A DNA stretch of 64,000 bases, taken from an uncultured bacterium. GTDB lineage: Bacteria > Eisenbacteria > RBG-16-71-46 > CAIMUX01 > WJJG01. Numbering within the stretch: position 1 is the stretch's first letter; each line of letters begins with the position of its first letter. Below the pieces are notes generated by a model. It had not been told where the DNA came from and searched no databases. It saw only the letters and a program-made list of their open reading frames with translations. Below are positions 1 to 9,948 of the stretch, one piece after another. The position numbers and the translations under genes were made by a program. Location of the stretch: contig CAZRWW010000020.1 in assembly GCA_964603725.1 (NCBI GenBank), positions 3,291 through 67,290 of the forward strand, given 5' to 3'.

Positions 1-789
1 GATCACCGCCCCCGAGAAGGCCCCGATCAGCCCGCAGACGACGATGGCCGCACCGGCCGCCGCGCACATGGCGCCGGCTGACGCCCCCTCGCCGCCCAGG
101 TTCTTGATCAACCCGGCCGTCACGACGGCCGCCAGAGCGATCAGACTGCCCACGGACAGATCGATGCCCCCGGTGATGATCACCATCGTCATGCCGACGG
201 CCAGAATGGCGATGACCGCGATCTGGTTGGCGACGTTGAGCAGGTTCTCCGGCAGCAGAAACGTGGGCCACCGGTGGGACGGCGGCGTGAAGACGCGGAT
301 CTCGCACCGGGCCAACCGGGGCAGTGAGGAAGCCACCGTGCGCACGACCGGCGCGAAGCTGTGGTCGGTCGCCACCACGATCCGGGCCGGCAGCGGCTCC
401 GGCAGCCCGGCGAGCGCCGCGCGCAGCTCGGACGGATCGCCGTTGACGACCGCGGCGGGCCGGATGTGCGACTGCTCGAGCTGAAAGGCCGCCGCGCGCG
501 TGAAGCGCAGGTCTTGCTCCCCGGCGCGGGCGGCGACGATGTGGGCGTCGCGCCGATCGAGCTTCGGGCGCAGCTCGCCCATGAGCGCCTTCGCCCCGGC
601 CTCGCCGGTCGGGTGCTGCTCCTGGAGCGTGAGCAGAGAGAAGAGCCCGCCGAGAATGATGAGGACGCCCAACATGCCGTACTGGGAGATGAAGCGCGAG
701 AAGAGCGGAGCCGCGCGGGCCTCGGCACGCTTGGCCCGGCCGGCTTGTTCCGCGCCCGGTGACTCGCTCGTCTGGTTCAGCTTGCCCAT
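1..789 (-). CDS. rbsC: Sugar ABC transporter permease (RbsC-like), 3' end runs off the window
   Basis: Manual translation (absent from the ORF track): MGKLNQ...QYGMLGVLIILGG...ENLLNVANQIAVIAILAVGMTMVIITGGIDLSVGS. The ATG overlaps the rbsA stop (TGATG). Confidence 0.9.
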   Translation of the reverse strand, partial: MGKLNQTSESPGAEQAGRAKRAEARAAPLFSRFISQYGMLGVLIILGGLFSLLTLQEQHPTGEAGAKALMGELRPKLDRRDAHIVAARAGEQDLRFTRAAAFQLEQSHIRPAAVVNGDPSELRAALAGLPEPLPARIVVATDHSFAPVVRTVASSLPRLARCEIRVFTPPSHRWPTFLLPENLLNVANQIAVIAILAVGMTMVIITGGIDLSVGSLIALAAVVTAGLIKNLGGEGASAGAMCAAAGAAIVVCGLIGAFSGAVI

Positions 790-2285
790 CACTGCACCGC
801 CATGGCGAGCACCTGCTCCTGCGTCGCGGCCGCGACCTCGCGGATCTCGCCCGTGATCCGGCCGTCGCGCATCACCAGGATGCGATCGCTCAGACCCAGG
901 ATCTCCGGCAGCTCGGAGGAGATCATCACGATCGCCTTGCCGCGCGCTGCCAGTTCTCCCATGAGCAGATACATCTCGTACTTGGCCCCGACGTCGATGC
1001 CCCGCGTCGGCTCATCGAAGATGAGCAGCCGCGCGTCGTTCTCGAGCCAGCGCGCGACCAGAAGCTTCTGCTGGTTGCCGCCCGAGAGGTGCCCGGCCGG
1101 CTGGTCGGGGCCGGCCACCCGGATATTGAGCCCTTCGACGAAGCGCGCAAAGGCGCGCCGCTCGCGCCGCTGGTCGATCCAGCCAGCGCGCGACCAGTGG
1201 GCGAGATTGCCCAGCGCGAAGTTGTCGCGGGCGCTCAGCATGAGCACCAGGCCCTGGCCCTTGCGGTCCTCGGTCAGGAGCCCGATGCCCGAGCGGATGG
1301 CGTCGCGCGGCGAGCGCACCTTGAGCGGCCAGCCGGCCAGGAACACCCGGCCGCTCGTGGGGCGATCGGCTCCGAAGATCAGGCGCGCCAGCTCCGTGCG
1401 TCCCGCGCCCACGAGGCCCGCGATCCCGAGCACCTCCCCGCGCTTGACCGCAAAGGAAACCCCGTGCACTCCCGCGCCGTGCAGGTCCTCGACGACCAGG
1501 AGATCCTCTCCGAGCTTGACCTTGCGCCGCGGGAACTCCTGATCGAGGGGCCGGCCGACCATCAGCTCGATGAGGCGCTCGCGCGACAAGTCGGCCCGCG
1601 CCCAGGTGCCCAGGGTCTCGCCGTCGCGCATGACCGTGACGCGATCGGCGATGCGGAGCACCTCGTCCAGGCGGTGGCTGATGAAGAGCACGCCGCGGCC
1701 CTGGGCGCGCAGGTCGGCCAGCACGCCGAACAGCCGCTCCACCTCGCGGGGCGTGAGCGCGGCGGTCGGTTCGTCCATGATCAGCAGCCGCGCGTTGGCC
1801 AGCAGCGCGCGCGCGATCTCGACGAGCTGCTGGTGGGCCACGTGCAGATCGCGCGCCTGAGCCTCCGGGTCGATCTGCGCATCCAGGCGCTGGAGGATCG
1901 CCCGCACTCCTTCTCGCTCCTCGCGCGGCCGAGAGAAACCACGCTGGGCCGGTTCGCGCCCCAGGAAGATGTTCTCCCGCACGGTGAGCGCGGGCACGAG
2001 GTTGAACTCCTGGTAGATCGCGGCAATGCCCGCCGCCAGGGCATCGCTCGGGCGGCCGATCCACGCGGCCCGTCCATCCAGCTCGATGCGGCCCGCGTCG
2101 GGCTGGTGGGCGCCGGTGATGACCTTGATCAGCGTGCTCTTGCCGGCGCCGTTTTCGCCCACCAGGGCGTGGATCTCCCCGGAGCGGACATCGAGATCGG
2201 CCGATCGAATGGCCTTGACGCCCGGAAAGGACTTCTCGATGCCGTTCAGCCGCAGCAAGACGGGGGGGTCATTCGTCGCGGCCAT
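789..2285 (-). CDS. rbsA: Sugar ABC transporter ATP-binding protein with two ABC domains
   Basis: GENGAGKSTLIK, MDEPTAAL, LSGGNQQK and FDEPTRGIDVGAK motifs. Confidence 0.95.
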   Translation of the reverse strand: MAATNDPPVLLRLNGIEKSFPGVKAIRSADLDVRSGEIHALVGENGAGKSTLIKVITGAHQPDAGRIELDGRAAWIGRPSDALAAGIAAIYQEFNLVPALTVRENIFLGREPAQRGFSRPREEREGVRAILQRLDAQIDPEAQARDLHVAHQQLVEIARALLANARLLIMDEPTAALTPREVERLFGVLADLRAQGRGVLFISHRLDEVLRIADRVTVMRDGETLGTWARADLSRERLIELMVGRPLDQEFPRRKVKLGEDLLVVEDLHGAGVHGVSFAVKRGEVLGIAGLVGAGRTELARLIFGADRPTSGRVFLAGWPLKVRSPRDAIRSGIGLLTEDRKGQGLVLMLSARDNFALGNLAHWSRAGWIDQRRERRAFARFVEGLNIRVAGPDQPAGHLSGGNQQKLLVARWLENDARLLIFDEPTRGIDVGAKYEMYLLMGELAARGKAIVMISSELPEILGLSDRILVMRDGRITGEIREVAAATQEQVLAMAVQ

Positions 2286-2288
2286 GCC

Positions 2289-3347
2289 TCACCGTTCCGG
2301 CGCGCCCTGTTCGGCTCGCGCGTCGGCTTGTCGGAACAACTCGCAGGGAATCAGGATCTCGCGCGGGACCTCGCGGCCCGCCATGTAGGCGGCGATGGCG
2401 CCGATCGTGGTCGTCCCGATCCGCCGGGGCTGCTGGATGACATCGGCGTAGATCTTGCCGTCGGCGATCGCCTTGCGCGCCTCGGGAACCGCGTCGAACC
2501 CGATGATCTTGACGCGCGCTTGCCGGCCCGCCTTCTCCACCGCCGCCAGGGCCCCCAGGGCGCTGTCGTCGTTGATGCCGAAGATCGCGTCGAGATCCGG
2601 ATGGGCCTGGAGAACATCCTCGGCGGTCCGGAAGGCCATGTCCTTCATCCCGCGCCCGGTCAGCTTGGCCACGACGCGGATGTCAGGCATGGCGGCGATC
2701 TCCTCCTCGAAGCCGCGCACGCGCTGGATGACCGATTCGACCTCGGGATGATCGATGATCGCCACCTTGCCGTGTCCGCCGAGCGCCTCGCTCACTGCCT
2801 GCGCCGCCAGGCGGCCCCCGGCCACGTTGTCGGAGGCGACGTGGCAGACCACCTGCGCGCCCGGCGCCAGGACGGCGATGTCGGCGGTGAAGACCGGGAT
2901 GCCCGCGCTGTTGGCGGCCGCGATCGTCGTGCCGATCGACTTCGAGTCGCAGGGGCAGACGATGATCGCGCCGACCCGCCGAACGATGAAGTTCTCGAGC
3001 TGGTCCTTCTGCTTGGCGACGTCGAACTCGCCGGCCTGCACCACCAGCTCGTAGCCGTGCTCCGCGGCGGCGTCCAGGAGCCCGCGCTCGAGGTCCTGGT
3101 AGAAGGGGTGGGTGCGCGTCAGCAGGGAGACGCCGATCACAACCTTGGCCGCCGGCGCCCCGGCCTGCCCGGCGCCCGCGCCGCTCGCCGCGGGCGGCAG
3201 AGCCTGGTCCCCGCCGGAGGATTGCCCCCGCTGGCCGCTGTCGCCGCCGCAGCCGGCGGCAAGGACCAGCGCCAGGGCCGCCACCCAGACCCGCAGCGCG
3301 GCTCCCGGCCGCGCCATCCTGCCGTGCCCCCCGATCGCGTGCGCCAC
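2289..3347 (-). CDS. rbsB: Sugar ABC substrate-binding lipoprotein (RbsB-like)
   Basis: LAAGC lipobox, HPFYQDL, ASDNVAGG, GINDDSALGA and IIGFDA motifs. GTG start chosen from a GGAGG RBS; ATG at 3317 is an alternative. Confidence 0.9.
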   Translation of the reverse strand: MAHAIGGHGRMARPGAALRVWVAALALVLAAGCGGDSGQRGQSSGGDQALPPAASGAGAGQAGAPAAKVVIGVSLLTRTHPFYQDLERGLLDAAAEHGYELVVQAGEFDVAKQKDQLENFIVRRVGAIIVCPCDSKSIGTTIAAANSAGIPVFTADIAVLAPGAQVVCHVASDNVAGGRLAAQAVSEALGGHGKVAIIDHPEVESVIQRVRGFEEEIAAMPDIRVVAKLTGRGMKDMAFRTAEDVLQAHPDLDAIFGINDDSALGALAAVEKAGRQARVKIIGFDAVPEARKAIADGKIYADVIQQPRRIGTTTIGAIAAYMAGREVPREILIPCELFRQADARAEQGAPER

Positions 3348-3520
3348 GCTGCACCTCCCTGTGTCGGTTTCGGCGGCGATTCTAGCGCCTGGGGGCGCGC
3401 GGTCCAAGGGTATCGTGGGGCCGGATGTTTCGCTGGACTCCCGGACGCCGGCCGTGCAAGCTGCTGGACGATGCAGCGCCTGCGTCCGGATCCAGCCCCC
3501 CGTCAGCACGGAGCACCGTG

Positions 3521-3655
3521 ATGCATGTCTACGTCCTGTTCGCCCATCCCAGCTCGAGCTCATTCTGCCGATTGGTGCTCGAGGCCTTCATTCGGGGGCT
3601 CACGGATGCCGGACACACCTTCGAGGTAGGCAACTTGTACGCGAGGAGATCATGA
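3521..3655 (+). pseudogene. N-terminal remnant (44 aa) of an NAD(P)H-dependent flavodoxin-fold oxidoreductase (MdaB/KefF-like)
   Basis: MHVYVLFAHPSSSSFCRLVLEAFIRGLTDAGHTFEVGNLY matches the family N-terminus, then stops at the ATGA overlap with the next gene. Confidence 0.7.
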
Positions 3656-4980
3656 AACCCGGCTGCACCTGGTTGTTGGGCGCATTCGTGGGCGTGGCTT
3701 GGTCAACGCTGGGGTGTGAACAGATGAGGACGGAGGCCGTCACCGTGCCGATGACGCTCGATCACAACCGCATGCTGGTGGACGCCGAGATCCAGCGCCT
3801 GGATGGAAGCTGGCGCCCCGTCCGGCTGTGGGTCGACACGGGGAATCCCGAGTTCTTCATCAGCGAGGCCCTGGCGCGCGATCTCGGCCTCGACCTCTCG
3901 GCCGCCGGCGATGGCGCCGCGACCGGAGCGCTGGAAGTGGCGCCGCCCGCGGGCGTGCGGCTGGGCGGGATGGCGCTGGATTTCCAGGGTGTGACGTCCA
4001 GGGTGCTGTTCGAACCGCGCTGGCTGTTCGGGACCATGCACAACGACGCCAATCTGCCCTCCACGGTCTTGCAGCGCTATCACGTCGTCTTCGACTACCC
4101 CCAGTCGGGTCTCACGATCGCGGAGCCCGGCCGCCTGCGGCCGCAGGGGGTCCGTGCGCCCGCCAGTGTCAATCCCGCCACCGGCATCGTTCAGCTCGAC
4201 GCTCTGATCGATGGCGAGCCCTTCAGCTTCGCGCTGGACAACGGGGCCTCGTACAGCTTCGCCTCCGACGAGCTCGTCCGGCGTCTGGCCGAGGCGCACC
4301 CCGACTGGCCGCGCTGCACCGGAGCGGTCGGCTGCGCGAACATCTGGGGATGGTGGCCGCGCGAGGGCGCCTGGCCGGTCCTGCGCGTGCCCGAGCTCGA
4401 CTGGGGCGGCGTGCGCCTGACGGGCGTGGGCATCGCGGGGCTGCCACCGTTCTTCCAGGGCGGCTCCACGGTGGGCGCCTGGTACTCGCAGAAGACCGCC
4501 CACCCGGTGGAAGGCTTCCTCGGCCCGAACGCCTTCAAGGCCTTCCGCGTCGAGATCGACTACGCCGGCGGCGCCGTCTACTTCGCCCCGGGCGCCCGGG
4601 TCGGCGACGAGGCGCAAGGCACCAGGCCGGGCGACGAGGTGCAAGGCACCAGGCCGGGCGACGAGGCACAGGGCACCAGGCCGGGCGACGCCGCGCGGGC
4701 TGGCTCGCACGACATGGACCTCGTGGGCCTGACGCTGCGCCTGGGCGCCGACGGCCGCTACCTGGTGATCGGCGTCGCCGAGAAGAACGGGCAGCCGTCG
4801 GTCGCGGGCGTGGAGCCGGGCGACGTGCTGCTCGAGGTGGGGAATCTGATCGCCAACGGCGCCACCATGGGCGCCGTCGTCGACGCGCTCCGGGGCGAGC
4901 CGGGCGAGCTGCGCAGGCTCGTGCTCGAGCGCGACGGCGCGCGCATCGTCGTCGACGCGCGGGTGGAACGCCTCCTCTAG
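3652..4980 (+). CDS. Secreted/lipoprotein aspartyl protease (two retropepsin-like lobes) with C-terminal PDZ domain
   Basis: Signal ending in LGC, LWVDTG and FALDNG catalytic-like motifs, GFLGPNAFKAFRVEIDY, PDZ-like GVEPGDVLLEVG. GAGGAG RBS. Confidence 0.8.
   Translation: MKPGCTWLLGAFVGVAWSTLGCEQMRTEAVTVPMTLDHNRMLVDAEIQRLDGSWRPVRLWVDTGNPEFFISEALARDLGLDLSAAGDGAATGALEVAPPAGVRLGGMALDFQGVTSRVLFEPRWLFGTMHNDANLPSTVLQRYHVVFDYPQSGLTIAEPGRLRPQGVRAPASVNPATGIVQLDALIDGEPFSFALDNGASYSFASDELVRRLAEAHPDWPRCTGAVGCANIWGWWPREGAWPVLRVPELDWGGVRLTGVGIAGLPPFFQGGSTVGAWYSQKTAHPVEGFLGPNAFKAFRVEIDYAGGAVYFAPGARVGDEAQGTRPGDEVQGTRPGDEAQGTRPGDAARAGSHDMDLVGLTLRLGADGRYLVIGVAEKNGQPSVAGVEPGDVLLEVGNLIANGATMGAVVDALRGEPGELRRLVLERDGARIVVDARVERLL
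4603..4690 (+). repeat. In-frame 27-bp tandem repeat x3 encoding GDE(A/V)QGTRP
   Basis: Directly visible between the protease and PDZ parts. Confidence 0.95.
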
Positions 4981-5118
4981 CGCGCACGCTCGGCGCCCGG
5001 GCTGTAGACGCCCCCTTGCGGCCCCGCTATCATCCCCACGTGTGTCGCCGTCCCGCCGTACGATCCGCCGGGACGCGATGAGCTCGGATCACCCCACCCC
5101 CGGGAGGCCAGCACGCCC

Positions 5119-5670
5119 ATGCCGCGGCGCGCCCGACCGGCTGCAGCCAGAGGGAAGTCATCGGCCTGCGGTCGCGAGCCGCGCGCTGCGGGCCCGCTGC
5201 TCGCGTCGCTGGTTCTGCTCCTGATCCTGACGGCCTTCTGCGCATTCACCCGCTGGGGCGGAACCTACCCCCGGTTCGCCTCCGGCAGTTGGGGAGCCTG
5301 GCGGCTGTCGCGCGGGATGTCGGCCGATGCACGGCGGCTCGCGCTGTACGATGACACCTACCCGCTGCTGCTCTACCTGCGGGACTACCTGCCCGAAGAC
5401 GCCAGGGTCCTGCTGCCGCCCATCGACTTCATCCGGAGCCGCTACGGCCGCGAGATACCGCTCTTCGCCAGCGCCACGTCCACCTACAGCTTCATCTACC
5501 CGCGCGTCCCGGTGCACCACGGGCGGCCGTCGCCTTTCATGCACGACATCACGCACCTGCTGGTCTGGGAGCACTGGGGCCTCGACTACGTCGCGAGCGG
5601 CGAGCCACGGACCGAGGGCAACCGGATCATGATCTACGAGTGGCCGCAGGGCCTGGAGGTGTCATGGTAG
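5119..5670 (+). CDS. Hypothetical membrane-anchored protein
   Basis: One hydrophobic segment followed by a plausible globular sequence; its stop overlaps the next start. Confidence 0.65.
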   Translation: MPRRARPAAARGKSSACGREPRAAGPLLASLVLLLILTAFCAFTRWGGTYPRFASGSWGAWRLSRGMSADARRLALYDDTYPLLLYLRDYLPEDARVLLPPIDFIRSRYGREIPLFASATSTYSFIYPRVPVHHGRPSPFMHDITHLLVWEHWGLDYVASGEPRTEGNRIMIYEWPQGLEVSW

Positions 5671-7268
5671 GGGCGGGCACGGCAGCCACGGGCGCCGCCG
5701 GCGGGCCGGGATCGATCGCGGCCCTGCTGATGGGGCTGCTGGTGCTCCTGGCCTCCGGCGACGGCTTGCTGCGCTTACTGGGACGCGCCGGGCTGGTGCG
5801 CGCCGCGGGCGCTGCCGAGGGATTGGGCCTGCGCATCCTGCTCGCGCTCGCCTCCGTGCCGTGGTGGTGTCTGATCCTCGACCTGGCGACCGTGCCGATC
5901 ACGCGGGTGACCTTCGGCCTGCTCGCGCTGGCGCTCGCCGTCGCGGGCGGCTGGGTCGATCGCAGCGGCTGGATCGGGTTGCTCCCGCGCGCCGCGGGGG
6001 GCGCCGGCCGGCGGCCGGACGAGGGCGCCCGAGCGGGCGGGCGGGCGAGGTCGAACGAGCGCCCGCGGTCGGACGGCGCCCCGTCACCGGCGAGGCTGCG
6101 CGCGACAATCGCTCGCGCGCCGGCGGCCGCCGTCCTGGCGCTGGCCGTGGCGGGCATCGTGCTCTTCAGCCTCACGCAGGTCGGCCTGTCGGCGCCGCGC
6201 GCCTACGACGCCCTGGTCGGCTTCGATGCGGTGGGCAAGCTGATGGCCTACGAGGGCCGCCTGCGCTCGACGCTCTTCACCCACATCACGTACGATCCGC
6301 AGTGCGTCTATCCGCCTTTCACATCGTGCAACCAGGGGTTCTGGTACCTCTTCTTCCCGCCGATCCAGCGGCTCTGGGTTCCCCTGCTGGCGGCCGGATT
6401 CCTGCTGGCCTTCTGGGGCTGGATCCGGCGCTGGACCGCGTCGGCCACCGCGGCGGCCGTGGCCGCCTTTCTCGTGCTGCTGCCTCCCGAGCTGGCCTTC
6501 CATGTGACCGAGGGGCAGACCGATCTGCCGAGCATGATCTATACGACGATGGCGATGCTCTCCGCAGTGGCGTGGTTGCGGGGCCGCGGCGGCGCGGGCC
6601 CGGTCGCGCTGTACATGCTCTGCGCCACGACGGCGCGCAGCGAGAATGTGCTCTTTGCGGCCGCGCTGGCGCTGGCGGGCGCCATCGGCGCGCGCACGCG
6701 GCGCTGGACGGCGCTGTGGGTGGCGGCGGCGCCGGCCGCGTTCTTCGTCTTCTGGAACCTCATCTTCGTCAGGGGCTTGCTGGGCTACGATCCCGCGGCC
6801 CACTTCCGCCACGACGTGACGTTCGACCTGGCCCGCCTGGCCGAGGTGCTGGATCTGGCCGTGACGATCTTGTGGTCGCACGGCGCCTTCGGCGAATTCG
6901 CGTGGGCGATCCCGCTGGCGTCGGGGCTGTGGCTACTCGGCTGGTGGGCGCGGCGGACCGGCCGGCTCGCCGCCGCCCAGGATCCAGGGGTAACGGGCCC
7001 CCTACTGCTCCTGGTGGGCCTGGGATTTGTCTTCTACATGCCCTTCTTCTACATGTGGGACGACGTGCTCAACCCGCTGTGGACGATGGCGCATACGTAC
7101 AAGCGCGGCGTCTTCCGCTTCATCCCGCCGGTGACGGCGGCGCTGGTGGCGGCGCCGCCGCTGCTGGCGCTGCTGCGGCGCTGCGAGCGCCCGGCCGCGG
7201 AGCCGGCGCCGGGCAGGGGAGCTGCGGAGCCGGGCAAGGAAGGTCCGGCGCCCATCGGCGCTCAGTAG
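5664..7268 (+). CDS. Polytopic membrane protein, GT-C/ArnT-like glycosyltransferase candidate
   Basis: More than 10 TM segments, AYDALVGFD and GQTDLP acidic loop motifs, GGAGG RBS before ATG 5664. Confidence 0.6.
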   Translation: MVGAGTAATGAAGGPGSIAALLMGLLVLLASGDGLLRLLGRAGLVRAAGAAEGLGLRILLALASVPWWCLILDLATVPITRVTFGLLALALAVAGGWVDRSGWIGLLPRAAGGAGRRPDEGARAGGRARSNERPRSDGAPSPARLRATIARAPAAAVLALAVAGIVLFSLTQVGLSAPRAYDALVGFDAVGKLMAYEGRLRSTLFTHITYDPQCVYPPFTSCNQGFWYLFFPPIQRLWVPLLAAGFLLAFWGWIRRWTASATAAAVAAFLVLLPPELAFHVTEGQTDLPSMIYTTMAMLSAVAWLRGRGGAGPVALYMLCATTARSENVLFAAALALAGAIGARTRRWTALWVAAAPAAFFVFWNLIFVRGLLGYDPAAHFRHDVTFDLARLAEVLDLAVTILWSHGAFGEFAWAIPLASGLWLLGWWARRTGRLAAAQDPGVTGPLLLLVGLGFVFYMPFFYMWDDVLNPLWTMAHTYKRGVFRFIPPVTAALVAAPPLLALLRRCERPAAEPAPGRGAAEPGKEGPAPIGAQ

Positions 7269-8287
7269 CTCTCCTCCCCCAGCTCGACCTTGCCGGCGAA
7301 GACCCGATGGATGTAGATCGTGTAGGCGATCACGATCGGCATGCCGATGAGCGCGATGATGAGCATCGTCGTCAGGGTGCGGGGCGTCGAGGAAGCGTTG
7401 GCGATCGTCAGGCTGTGGGCGAGGTCCGTGAGCGACGGCACCAGGAGCGGGTAGAGGCTCGCGCCGACGAGGCCGATCTGGGCCGCGATCGCCGCCGATG
7501 AGACCACGAAGCCCAGCGCCGCCCGGCGGGCGCGGATCGCCACCGGCAGATAGAGCAACGCCGCCAGCAGCAGCGCGAGCAGCGCCCAGGCGATCGGGTT
7601 GCCCCGGGCCCCCGCCAGGAGCCATGGCGAGACGAAGCTCGTGAGCACCGTGGCGATCGCGTAGAGCGCCACCCAACCGATCCAGGCGCCGGACGCCCAG
7701 CGCAGCATGCGCTCGCGCAGCTCGCCCTCGCTCTTCTGCGCCATGTAGAGCGCGCCGTGACAGGTGAACATGACCAGGCCCAGCAGGCCCACCAGCAGCG
7801 CGTAAGGATGGAGCAGCCCCGGGAACGACCCGGTGAAGCGCCCGTGCGCGTCGAGCGGCAGGCCGCGCAGGATGTTGCCCACCGCCACGCCGAACAGCGT
7901 TGCGGCGACCAGGCTGCCCAGGCCGAAGCCCCAGTCCCAGAAGGACTGCCAGCGCGGGTGCTCGACCTTGCCGCGGAATTCGATCGACACGGCCCGGAAG
8001 ATGAGCGCCACCAAGAGCAGGATCAGCGCCAGGTAGAAGGCGCTAAAGACCGTGGCGTAGACGACCGGGAACGCCGCGAACAAGGCCCCCCCGCCGGTCA
8101 GGAGCCACACCTCGTTGCCGTCCCAGACCGGCCCGATCGCGTTCAGGTAGAGACGCTTCTCCCGGCCCTTGCGCCCGAACAGCGAGAGCACGCCCACGCC
8201 CAGGTCGAATCCGTCCAGGATCGCGTAGCCGATGATGAGCACGCCGAAGAGCAAGAACCAGACGGTCTGCAGAGCGGTCGGTTCCAT
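7262..8287 (-). CDS. cydB: Cytochrome bd ubiquinol oxidase subunit II
   Basis: YAILDGFDLGVG and IGPVWDGNEVWL motifs; AGGAGG RBS. Confidence 0.97.
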   Translation of the reverse strand: MEPTALQTVWFLLFGVLIIGYAILDGFDLGVGVLSLFGRKGREKRLYLNAIGPVWDGNEVWLLTGGGALFAAFPVVYATVFSAFYLALILLLVALIFRAVSIEFRGKVEHPRWQSFWDWGFGLGSLVAATLFGVAVGNILRGLPLDAHGRFTGSFPGLLHPYALLVGLLGLVMFTCHGALYMAQKSEGELRERMLRWASGAWIGWVALYAIATVLTSFVSPWLLAGARGNPIAWALLALLLAALLYLPVAIRARRAALGFVVSSAAIAAQIGLVGASLYPLLVPSLTDLAHSLTIANASSTPRTLTTMLIIALIGMPIVIAYTIYIHRVFAGKVELGEESY

Positions 8288-8299
8288 CGCGCACACCTC

Positions 8300-9694
8300 C
8301 TAGGCGTTGGCCGGGGCCGGCGTGTCCTGGTCCGGATCGTTCCGGGCCGGGCGCCCGCGGGCGCCCGCCGGCGCCTCGGGACCGGCCTGGATCTTGCGCC
8401 GCAGCAGGTAGACCCAGACCACGCCCAGAGCGAGGTAGATCAGCCCGAACAGGATGATCGAGAAGAGCACCTCCCCGGCGGATACCGTCGGCGAGACCGC
8501 GTCGCGGGTCCGCAGCAGCTTGTACACGATCCACGGCTGGCGGCCGACCTCGGCCGCGATCCAGCCAAACTGGCAGGCGATGATGGGCAGCGGAATCGAC
8601 CAACTCACGAGCTTCAGATACCAGCGCGTCTCGAAGAGCCGGCCGCGCCGCCACAGCCACAGGCCGAACGCCGTGGCGCCGACGAAGTAGAGCCCCAGGA
8701 TCACCATGTTGTGGAACGACACGAACGAGAACCACAACTCGGCCCCGCGCGGCACCTGATCGGGCGGGAAGTCGCTCAGCCCGCGGATGGGGGCGTGGGG
8801 ATCGCCGAATGCCATCCAGCTCAGCAGATTCGGCACCTCGATCCGGGCCTTGAGCTCCGGCGGGTCCGGATCGGGCAGCGCGAAGAAGACGAGCGGCGCG
8901 CCGGACTGCCCGACGTAGAGACCCTCGATCGCGGCGAACTTCTCGGGCTGGGTATGCGCCACCTGCCGCGCGTGCTCGTGGCCGAAGGGGAAGATCACCA
9001 GCACCGCGGCGATCAGCCCGCCGGCCAGCGACAGCGGGAGGGTCCGGCGCGCGACGTCGGTCCCGCGCTGCCGCAGAAGCAGCGTCGCCGAGATGCCCGC
9101 CATGAAGAACGCCCCGGTGACCAGCGCGGCCGTGATGGTGTGGAAGAAGCGCACGCCGGTCGAGGCGTTGAACACCGCGGCCCAGAAGCTCGTCAGCTCC
9201 GCGCGTCCGAGCGCTTCGTTGATCTGGTAGCCGGCCGGGGTCTGCTGCCAGGAGTTGGCCACCAGGATCCAGAAGGCCGAGATCGTCGCGCCCACGGCGA
9301 CCATCAGGCAGGAGAACCAGTGGGCCCCCGGCGACAGCCGCCGGCGGCCGAAGAGGTAGAGGCCGAGGAACCCCGACTCGAGGAAGAAGGCGAAGATCCC
9401 CTCGGCCGCGAGCGGCGCGCCGAAGATATCGCCCACGTACTTCGAGTAGCTCGCCCAGTTCGTGCCGAACTGGAACTCCATGACGATGCCCGTGGCGACC
9501 CCGACGGCGAAGGTCAGCGCGAAGAGCTTGGCGAAGAACCGGCCGGCGCGCTGGAAGACCTCATCACCCCGGCGCCAGCCCAGCCACTCGACCACGACCA
9601 GCAGCCAGGCCAGCCCGATCGTGATGGGCGGAAAGATGAAGTGGAACCCGATCGTCAGCGCGAATTGCAGCCGGGCCAACAGCACCGCATCCAT
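8300..9694 (-). CDS. cydA: Cytochrome bd ubiquinol oxidase subunit I
   Basis: ARLQFALTIGFHFIF, MEFQFGTNW, QPEKFAAIEG and AEVGRQPWIV motifs. Confidence 0.97.
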   Translation of the reverse strand: MDAVLLARLQFALTIGFHFIFPPITIGLAWLLVVVEWLGWRRGDEVFQRAGRFFAKLFALTFAVGVATGIVMEFQFGTNWASYSKYVGDIFGAPLAAEGIFAFFLESGFLGLYLFGRRRLSPGAHWFSCLMVAVGATISAFWILVANSWQQTPAGYQINEALGRAELTSFWAAVFNASTGVRFFHTITAALVTGAFFMAGISATLLLRQRGTDVARRTLPLSLAGGLIAAVLVIFPFGHEHARQVAHTQPEKFAAIEGLYVGQSGAPLVFFALPDPDPPELKARIEVPNLLSWMAFGDPHAPIRGLSDFPPDQVPRGAELWFSFVSFHNMVILGLYFVGATAFGLWLWRRGRLFETRWYLKLVSWSIPLPIIACQFGWIAAEVGRQPWIVYKLLRTRDAVSPTVSAGEVLFSIILFGLIYLALGVVWVYLLRRKIQAGPEAPAGARGRPARNDPDQDTPAPANA

Positions 9695-9790
9695 GCGCGC
9701 CCCCCTCGTGGCTTGCCGGTCGCTTCCGGGACCCGCCTTGGTCGCCGGCCAGCTTAGCAGCGCCGCGAAGGCCGCGGAAGCCCCGGCTGC

Positions 9791-9878
9791 CTCGACTCCG
9801 GCTGCTCGGCCCTGACCGCCTCGACCCCGGCTGCTCGGCCCTGACCGCCGCGGCCCCGGCTGCAGCGACCCTGACCGC
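9791..9878. repeat. Intergenic 29-30-bp tandem repeat x3 upstream of cydA
   Basis: Unit CTCGAC(T/C)CCGGCTGCTCGGCCCTGACCGC; the third copy is degenerate. Confidence 0.9.
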
Positions 9879-9929
9879 CGCGCCCGTGGCTGTGGCCGGC
9901 CCTGCCCCGGATCGCTCGGCCTACGCCGG

Positions 9930-9948
9930 CGCGTAACTCCCGCGTAAC
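9930..9948 (-). promoter_or_regulatory. GTTAC-N6-GTTAC direct repeat (11-bp period), candidate OmpR-family operator
   Basis: CGCGTAAC at 9930-9937 and 9941-9948, in the divergent region between cydA and the 10045 gene. Confidence 0.45.

Noticed and set aside
759-3521. 920-aa plus-strand ORF, and similar long antisense ORFs such as 11176-13833, 13975-16461, 51236-54061 and 61885-63969
   Set aside because: Antisense shadows of well-supported genes in a high-GC genome, with no recognisable motifs.
3112-3651. N-terminal extension of the aspartyl protease ORF
   Set aside because: It overlaps rbsB antisense; a GAGGAG RBS and signal peptide support ATG 3652.
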